Assembly (NCBI GenBank): GCA_964016885.1
Contig: OZ024750.1
Coordinates: 32,240,001-32,304,000, forward strand
Reading direction: 5' to 3'
DNA: 64,000 bases
Source: Eledone cirrhosa
Lineage: Eukaryota
The notes below the pieces were generated by a model that saw only the letters and a program-made list of their open reading frames with translations, was not told where the DNA came from and did not search any database. Positions 55,629 to 64,000 of this stretch are shown here, piece by piece (positions within the stretch are counted from its first letter, which is position 1; every line of letters begins with the position of its first letter). The position numbers and the translations under genes were made by a program.

Positions 55629-57350
55629 ATTATTTAATACAATTTCATAAAATCTATATCATTATGTAGTGAAATGGTAGCGTTTTTCAAAATAGAATAT
55701 TTTTAGAATAGATGTAGGATTGTGACTCATATAATCACTGGTTAGAATGATTTTTCCATGGAGATATAAGATTAATGTGTGTTATAGTACTCCATCCATT
55801 GTTAAGTTTGTGAGCGGTTTCTTATTTTTCTATACGATTAACAAGACGACAGGTTTCCATGCACGACAAGGTATAAAATCTACAGAGTAGGCATAATAAA
55901 ACCTTTTGTTTTCTGATTTCACCATCATAAAATCCCTTTCTGACGATCGAAATCCACTTTTACGATTTACAAGTTCTGTCGAAATCATTTACGTAGTAAG
56001 TCTTCTATGTTATGAAATTTTTATAAGCATTAAATCTATTTCAGAACCGAATTCGATTTCTGCTTCTCCAGATAGATTAGAATATGAATTGGTATCGAAT
56101 ATCTCAACTGGAAGAATTAAAATTTTATTACTTTTGTTATAATTGTCAAAGTTTCGATAGTTATCATATCTATTCAAGCCTATTCTGATAACAAAGGAGG
56201 CATATCTATATGTAGAAAAGGATGAACATTAGACATTTCTAGATTTTACTGAAGTTTCATGTATTCGTATGTGTAGGTGGGAAGGTCACAAAAGGTTCTC
56301 TTTTACATCAGACTAGCATATTTTATAGAACAATAATGACAATAATATATTTCGAAAGTTCTCTTGCTCTTTTCTTCTTTTGTTTTTAACTTTCCTACAA
56401 AATAGTAACATTATCATAGATCACAATGCAGCGAGATAAATTATCCACTTTTTATCCAGATATGCTTCATATTGATTTTCGATTCTCCTATACAATATTT
56501 GAAATGGCATAGGAATAATTTCGCTTATATTCAATGTATAGTATGCATTCACAATAACTAGAAAACAAAAGGCTCATGTCTGCCCCAGACAAGGAGCGAA
56601 ACTCAATATTATTTCTTTTTTGTGATTTTTTTTCTTGTTTTTTTTTTTGTTTTTTTTTTTCGACTTTTCTTTTCAGCTTTCTGCCAAGTTAAAACGTCAG
56701 ATTGCCTCTAGGGCAACGAATGATTTCAATTTCTATTACTACTTCATGATTTGGCAAGTGAAGTAGACGTTAGCTCCGGGTGACTGTTAAAATGTTGCTA
56801 TTTGGTTCCACCCATAACAAAATATATTCTCTCCTGTGTATCATTCTGATGTTAGTAAGTATAGTATTTCTTACTCAACAATAATAATCGATTCACTAAA
56901 TTAATTTTGATAATATCCCTAATGTTAAGATCGTTAGAAACTGAAGAGTTTCTATAGAAACAAGAGAACATCACATATATTACGGCATACAGTAATCTGT
57001 ATAGGCAACCCTTTCTTTTCTCCTGTTTAGTATGTAGACTGGCTTATTGCTTTTATGAAAATCATGAACAAAACAAATTATTTCCTTACTCTTCCAATAT
57101 GATATGATACATTTATATTACGTGAAAAATAATTATGCAACATATTAGCGAGCACATTACATTAGAAGAAATTTACATTCCACCCGAAACCGTTACCTAG
57201 TCTCGTTAAGTTGTTAGAGCAACGCTGAAAGCTGTCCAACTCCCCATCTCTTAAAAAACAACCTACAGCTTTTCTTTAGCATTTTCTAAAACGCCAATCA
57301 TTTTAGCGCGCGTTCATAAAGATTATTCTAATATATATACATATATACAT

Positions 57351-57436
<86 letters not shown>

Positions 57437-57782
57437 CTTAATCATTCAAATAGACATCAAAGAAAGAATGGCGGTATTGCAGTATCAATCGATACGATAT
57501 TTGCTAATAAAGTGAGACATAAAAAAGAAATTTAAAAATTATTATTTCATATAAAGTGAAATACCTGAACATATTATAATATTTAATCACTGAAATAAAT
57601 GCAGGCCAATATGTGTGGGAGTTTAAATGCAACATAATGATATAAAATATAAAATACACATCCCTAATGTTAAAACGATATATGAGGGATCCAAACTATC
57701 AAACTATCAAAAACAAGATGAAGCACAGGTGAAAGGAGAGAGAAACTGACTAGAAGAGGATCCCATGGAGTGAGAGAGGGGA

Positions 57783-57846
<64 letters not shown>

Positions 57847-58030
57847 AGGTAGTTAAGAAGAGCAAGAGAATGGGGTGGGTAGTTACATAGATATATATAT
57901 ATATAGAGAGAGAGAGTTTATATATATATATATATATAGTAATAATAATAAATTTGAAGACTAAAATCCAAAGAGGGCTCGATAAGGATAAATATATATC
58001 AAATATATAAGAACCGTAATCTGTTATTTT

Positions 58031-58088
<58 letters not shown>

Positions 58089-58093
<5 letters not shown>

Positions 58094-58281
58094 AAAATGT
58101 TTAACCCCGATGGCAGAGCTCAAGCCGTTTCGACTACAGAAATAGCTGTCGAAACGGTTTGAGCTCTGCCGTCGGGGTTAAATATTTTCCTATTTTTCTA
58201 TATTATCCACTCTACTACCCTAAGTATTGAGTACTCTGGTGCGTTATGGTCCATCTGGTTCCTTTCCACACTTCTTTCGTT
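58089..58281 (+). mobile_element. Family B fold-back element
   Basis: Arms 58089-58134 and about 58148-58193 plus shared tail. Confidence 0.8.
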
Positions 58282-58455
58282 ATATATATACATATGTATG
58301 TGTGTGTGTGGGGGGGGGGGGGGGGTCTGTGTGCAGAAAGTTCAGTAAATCCGAAGAAAACTGGTGAGAGAACCAAAGTCACCACTTGGTGCAGAGTAGA
58401 GTCTATACAATAAGAACAAAATGGCGGTGTTACATAAGACATTTATTGTTCAATC

Positions 58456-58548
58456 CTGGTTACAAATGTTTCTCAAGCAGCCGTCTAGTTATCTTATCTG
58501 GTTTGGCACCCCAGGCCAGAATCCAAGTCTGCCTGATCCTCAGACCAG
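58456..58548 (-). ncRNA. Intact type I hammerhead in family A element (58330-58690)
   Basis: Minus strand reads ctggt CTGAGGA tcaggcag...ctgcttga GAAAC attt GTA accag. Confidence 0.85.
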
Positions 58549-58885
58549 TGTTAACACAAGAAAAATCACATCAAATTTGAGGGCGAACCAGCCAGACACA
58601 AACAACCATATAGAATGATCAAGTACGGGCCTAGAATTGAGCGGACTCGCCTATCTCGAGCATTACAAGAAAAAACCGTTATAAACAAAAATAACGGATA
58701 TAGATAAATAAAGAAATTTATCTACGTATATATGATCACACACATACACACACACGACATAAAATACCTACGCACACACACTCTCTCACCCGTAGAAATT
58801 GTACATGTATATATACACACACACGTACATACATACACACATCCTCACACACACACACATATAATATATATATATATACACATGC

Positions 58886-58973
<88 letters not shown>

Positions 58974-58974
<1 letters not shown>

Positions 58975-59170
58975 ACGAAGGAAGTGTGGTAAAGAACCAG
59001 GTGGACCATAACGTACCAGAGTACTCAATACTTCGGGTAGTAGAGTGGGCTATAGGAAAGACGGCAGAGCTCGAGCCGTTTCGACGGCTATTTCTGGAGT
59101 CCAAAAATAGTCGTCCAGAAATAACCACCGGCTCGAACTCTGCCGTCGGGGTCTTGAACATTTTCCTATA
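58974..59170 (-). mobile_element. Family B fold-back element
   Basis: Shared tail and arms; flanked by TA arrays. Confidence 0.8.
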
Positions 59171-59369
59171 TATATATATATATATATTTGAATAATTTTA
59201 ACAACCGAAACAATGGGTTAGGAAGAACAGTAAATCGCCAAGATAACAAAATAGTCTTACCTTACCAAATTTGTTCTTCCTAACGTATTGTTTTGGTTTT
59301 AAAAATTATTTAAATTTGTGTTTCCTATTCAACAATGCTTCAATCAAGCTACAAAACTCTGATAGATGT

Positions 59370-59407
<38 letters not shown>

Positions 59408-59413
<6 letters not shown>

Positions 59414-59750
59414 TAAAGAAAACGAGAAATCGGTGATGCATCTGGACTCAATTTATTGCGTGTTACAATTGTTTCGCCGGCAGGTAGCTCGAGACTATGT
59501 GATAAAATTTGCTCCAGACAAACTACCCGTGTCTGAAGGAACCTGCAGCCGTAGAATCAGCCAGATCCATACAGAGACTTTGTCTCGAGCTAGCTGCCGG
59601 CGAAACAATTGTAACAGGCAATACATTGAGTCCAGATGCATCACTGATTTTTCGTTTTCTTTATACTATCTACACTCTACTCTGCTGAATATTGAGTGCT
59701 AATTTTGGCATACCGGCTATGGAAGAACCATAGCTACCATTACACACAAG
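59408..59750 (+). mobile_element. Fold-back PLE-like element (about 88-bp arms) with HHR at 59528-59618
   Basis: cgtgt CTGAAGG a...gccg...cggc GAAAC aatt GTA acagg (mirror arm gives acacg); arms 59408-59495 and 59582-59669; tail on the right arm only. Confidence 0.7.
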
Positions 59751-59752
59751 TG

Positions 59753-59796
<44 letters not shown>

Positions 59797-59798
<2 letters not shown>

Positions 59799-60815
59799 TG
59801 CGAGAAAAACCGCAAACCCTCCATCTCAATTCTACTTTTGAATATCCTCCAGACGCAAACAACCCGGAATCCCCCAAACGCCAACAACCTAAACAGACGC
59901 AAGAACAAATACATACAAACATCTAAAACCACAGACACCGCACACACAATAAACACAACCAAAATAACACCAACAAAACCATCACCACCACAGTCACGCA
60001 AACAAATAAAATCACACCAACAAAACATACAAATCTTCGTGATTGTCAGATGGGCCAAAAAGGAATTGATGGCCCTCGTAGCACGAAGTAAAGAAATCCA
60101 AACAGAGGGGGACATTTTTAAAGATTTGTTTCTGGTGCGAATGTCACTCGATTTCTACAATGGAATACGAGATAGCTTCCCTCGGGACATAGGAACCTTT
60201 CCACTCCCTTGTAACCTCCCAACATGGCCATATTAAGAGTAGGAAGTTTAAATGTTCAAGGCCTGGGGTCGCTCTCGAAGCAGGGTCGCCTGCTCAACGA
60301 CCTGAGGTATCTAGAAATGGATGTAATTGCCGTCAGCGAGATCAGGATTTCCGACACGCGCGCACTACCCCCCATTTTCGACGACTATCAGATCTTCGCA
60401 TCTGATAGTCGGACGGGAATGGGAGGTGGGGTGGTAGTGTTGTTTAGGAAAGGTCTGGATCTCGAGCTAAGGTCGACCTTCCGGGACCCCGTTGGTAAGT
60501 CGGTGGTCCTAGACGTGAACAATAGTGAAGGTGGTGTCTTTAGACTGGTGGCCGTCTACGGCCCTACCGAGGCAGGACGGCCGGACTTCTTTAGACGTAT
60601 TGAAGACTATCTGGGTACGTCTCTCCCTTTACGTTTAGCGAGGGACTGGAACGGCATCTTAGATGGACGCTGGGATTGTGTGGGGGTATCCGATAGAAGC
60701 GAGGGTGCAAAAGCCTCAAGTACCTGATCAGCCAGTTACAACTGTCTGACAGGTACCGACTAGATTTTCCTAATACGCCAGTGGGTTTGGACAAACGTTA
60801 TAGGGTCATCTAGAC
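59797..60815 (+). mobile_element. L1/Tx1-clade LINE fragment: ORF1 end and ORF2 AP-endonuclease (60224-60727, frameshifted afterwards)
   Basis: SLNVQGL, DVIAVSE, GGGVVVLF, VAVYGP, DWN motifs of an APE domain. Confidence 0.8.
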
Positions 60816-61012
60816 AGGATTTTCATTAAGAAAATAGATACACTTTTATACCGCTGGATGCTTGTGTATGTCTATATACACATGTGCACTCATACAAGAG
60901 AGCATATACAAATATACTCTTGAAGCATACACTCGAACATTTTTCAAATGCGACCTGGGGTATTAGTATTTCGTTGCGTTCACATTGTTTTAGTCTTCAC
61001 ATTTATTATTAT

Positions 61013-61069
<57 letters not shown>

Positions 61070-61954
61070 CGAGTGAGTGAGTGGGTGATAGAGAGAGAGA
61101 GAGAGAGAGTAATGTAGATAATAATACGAAGGTTTGTGAGTTATTTAGTAAAGGAGCGATAAATTTCTTCCTAAAGCCGGTAAAATGTTGTAGAAAGATA
61201 TATATAGAGAGGGACACGTATATATACACACTCATACACACACGCATTATATATATATATATGTATATATATATATAATGCGTGTGTGTGCATATATAGA
61301 CGTGATTTTGTTTGTATGTGTATTTGAGTGACTGTGACAGTATTCTATGTGAGAGTGTTTGAGATATGTAACAGTTAAATGAAAATCATGAATATAATTG
61401 GAAAAGGAATTGCCTTGAACGGTAACATGCTTCTATGCTATAGAACTAAGATGGCGGCCGTTTGATTGTGAAGAACGGTTGAATCAAACTAATGGATCGA
61501 ATTTATTAAATCAATGTCATACTGTAAATGGAACCGTTTCCAATAAAGTAAAATAAAATAGGCATTACTGGAAATAAAGGAAATACTATTCTAGAATAAT
61601 TAGAAATATACGTTATATGACGTTAATCTGAATATATTGTTGTAAAGTGGACATATTAATTTTGAAGACCTCTCTCCTTTTCATTCGGATTGAATAAATA
61701 TTTCATATAAATGTTAATGAAAATGATAAAGATTTCTAGTTTATTCCCCAGACCAGCAAACTAAAGGAAGGGGAAAGTCGATTCACTCGAATCCAGTAAC
61801 TGACTGGTACTTTATTCTATCGACCCCGGAATGATGAAAGGCAAAGCTGACCTCGGTGGCATTTGAACGCAAATCGTAGAAAGTCATGATTAAATACTGG
61901 AAACGTTTTGTCTGACGTTCTACAGCTATCAACTCGCTGTCTTCTATTTTCGTA

Positions 61955-62400
61955 CCAACCCTTGCCTATGGACATGAATCTTGGGTAACGACGGAATGAA
62001 TACGATTGCGAATACAAGCGGCCGAAATGGCAATCGCCCGAAGCGTCTTTGGAGTAACGTTACTCGATAAAGTGCGTAGCTCGGAGATCAAAGACTCACT
62101 CCAGGTAGAACTGCTACTTCTCCGAATTGAGAGATCATAGCTCCGATACTATGTGGTAAGAATGTCTCAGGAATGAATCGCTGGACAGATTTTACGGACG
62201 AAGCCAACAGGTAGACGACTCAGGGGTGGACCCCGTGCAAAATGTTTGGGTAACATCGATGAGCTTGGCTGGTCACGCTTGGGGATCCAGCCGAATCAGT
62301 TGGAGACAATTGCGTCTGATAGGACCCACTGGAAGGAGTGTTTGAGGACTCTACCCCCACACACGCCCTCTCGGGAATATGTGGGCGAAGAATAGAAGAC
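61955..62400 (+). mobile_element. Rex3/Expander-like RTE 3' fragment
   Basis: LAYGHESWVTTE*IRLRIQAAEM...RLGIQPNQLETIASDRTHWKECLRTLPP. Confidence 0.8.
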
Positions 62401-62474
62401 GAGACGAAGAAGTTCTACAGAGACTGCCAATCCTCCATCGAACAACAACAGCAACTACTTTTTCTTCTTCCCAT

Positions 62475-62886
62475 TCTGCTGCTACTAATGTTGCTGCTAC
62501 TACTACAACTAATGCTGCTGCTGCTACTACTACACCTAATGTTACTACTACTACTAATGTTACTACTACTACAACTAATGCTGCTACTACTGCTACAACT
62601 AGTGCTACTACCACTTCTACAACTAGAGCTACTACGATTACTACAACTAATGCTACTACCATTACTACAACTAATGCTACTACCATTACTACAACTAATG
62701 CTACTACTACTACTACTACAACTAATGCTACTACCATTACTACAACTAATGCTACTATTACTACTACAACTAATGCTACTACTACTACTACTACTACTAC
62801 AACTAATGCTACTACTACTACTACTACAACTAATGCTACTACTACTACTACAACTAATGCTACTACTACTACTACTACAACAAATG

Positions 62887-62940
<54 letters not shown>
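62475..62940. repeat. Compound (ACT)n repeat with periodic acaactaatgct
   Basis: Directly visible higher-order trinucleotide repeat. Confidence 0.9.
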
Positions 62941-64000
62941 GGGGATCTTCACGGCGTAATATTAAATGCTTACTTTTAAATCTGCGCTTCTTTTTTACAT
63001 TCTTTGCAATTTAGTTATGTTGTCTGGGATTTTTATTTAGAAACACAGAGTCTGTATAATCTTTCTTTGAAGTTGGTACTGTCATTGTAATTAGCTTTTT
63101 CTCGTGCCACTAGTAATTTATAAATACAAAAAGAACTGATGAAAATTGTGGTTTGTGAAATAACAAACAGTTAAAAACATCGTTAGAGATGAACGTTGCA
63201 TTATTTGTTCAATGGGGTTTAGATGGCATTCGTCGTCTAATCAGATGAAATGTTCGACTTGTTTCTCTTCACCACCAATCTCAACTATCTCGCTTCTGGG
63301 CCTTTTTAATGGTAAAAAAAAGAAGAAAGTAGAAAAGGAGGAAGTGGAAGAAGGACAGCAAAGGGAAAAAGAAAAAAAGAAAGAAAACGGAAACGATGAT
63401 AAAAAGGAGAAAATGTTGATGAAGAAAATAAAAAGAAGACGAAGGAGAACTGAATGACGTAATTAAGTTTTAAATATTCTTATGATTTGTAAAGTCTAGA
63501 CATTCAAATATCCTGGAACATCGAATATTTTCACAAATTCAGAAGCAATAATCTTCATTTGAAAATCTTAACATGTAGATAGTGTGTATTACGTTCATCC
63601 AATCATGAACTACATTCTGAAATTGGAAACTGGACACATTTAAGCTAGTTTATGGAATCAAATATCTGAACATTTTTTCTTTGCTATAATGGAATATTTC
63701 ATGATATATTGGATTTCATAATATTTATTTCCCAGATAAATCTCCTGAGTTATTCTAAATTTCTCTTACAAACTATTACCAACATATAAATTGAATTATG
63801 CATCTTTTAATGAAATAACGAACATAACACTATCATATCATAGCGATCAATCTCTATATTCCATATATACTAAGTGCCCGCTCTGCACTGCTTCCTCACT
63901 ATCGCCCCTCTCTTACAGATCTCTTCCTTGTTACCTCTGACGCATGAAGATTATTATGCTTGTAATATAATATAAGCATGGCATAACATATCTCCCTTCT

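Noticed and set aside
55934-55958. CTGACGA tc GAAAT
   Set aside because: No stems I, II or III; likely chance
62338-63014. Mucin-like TTTNAT ORF and poly-Leu ORF
   Set aside because: Trinucleotide repeat open in several frames; begins inside a LINE 3' end; no signal peptide or clear splice sites

Overview
A very AT-rich, microsatellite-laden eukaryotic window with a 200-N scaffold gap at 2290-2489. The SINE families and the (TA)n/(CA)n load suggest an octopus or other coleoid cephalopod (inference). I found no convincing host protein-coding gene, and almost all ORFs in the track are microsatellite read-through. Ordinary content: more than 20 tRNA-derived SINE copies, decayed LINE fragments (RTE, Rex3-like, BovB-like, L1/Tx1, CRE, I/Vingi-like), two non-autonomous Helitrons and several minisatellites. 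The main hidden signal, read by eye, is about a dozen type I hammerhead ribozyme (HHR) motifs (stem I-CUGANGA-stem II-GAAAY-palindromic stem III-NUH-stem I). They belong to roughly ten unrelated short elements, which sit in or beside (TA)n arrays and are often fold-back (inverted) structures with a tail on one arm only. This matches Penelope-like element (PLE) pseudo-LTRs, and a PLE GIY-YIG C-terminal remnant lies at 24.4-24.6 kb. Secondary oddities are a twin-primed RTE, a two-tailed SINE insertion, a SINE trimer and dimer with a shared junction, and a candidate type II HHR. All folds were paired manually and no searches were run.
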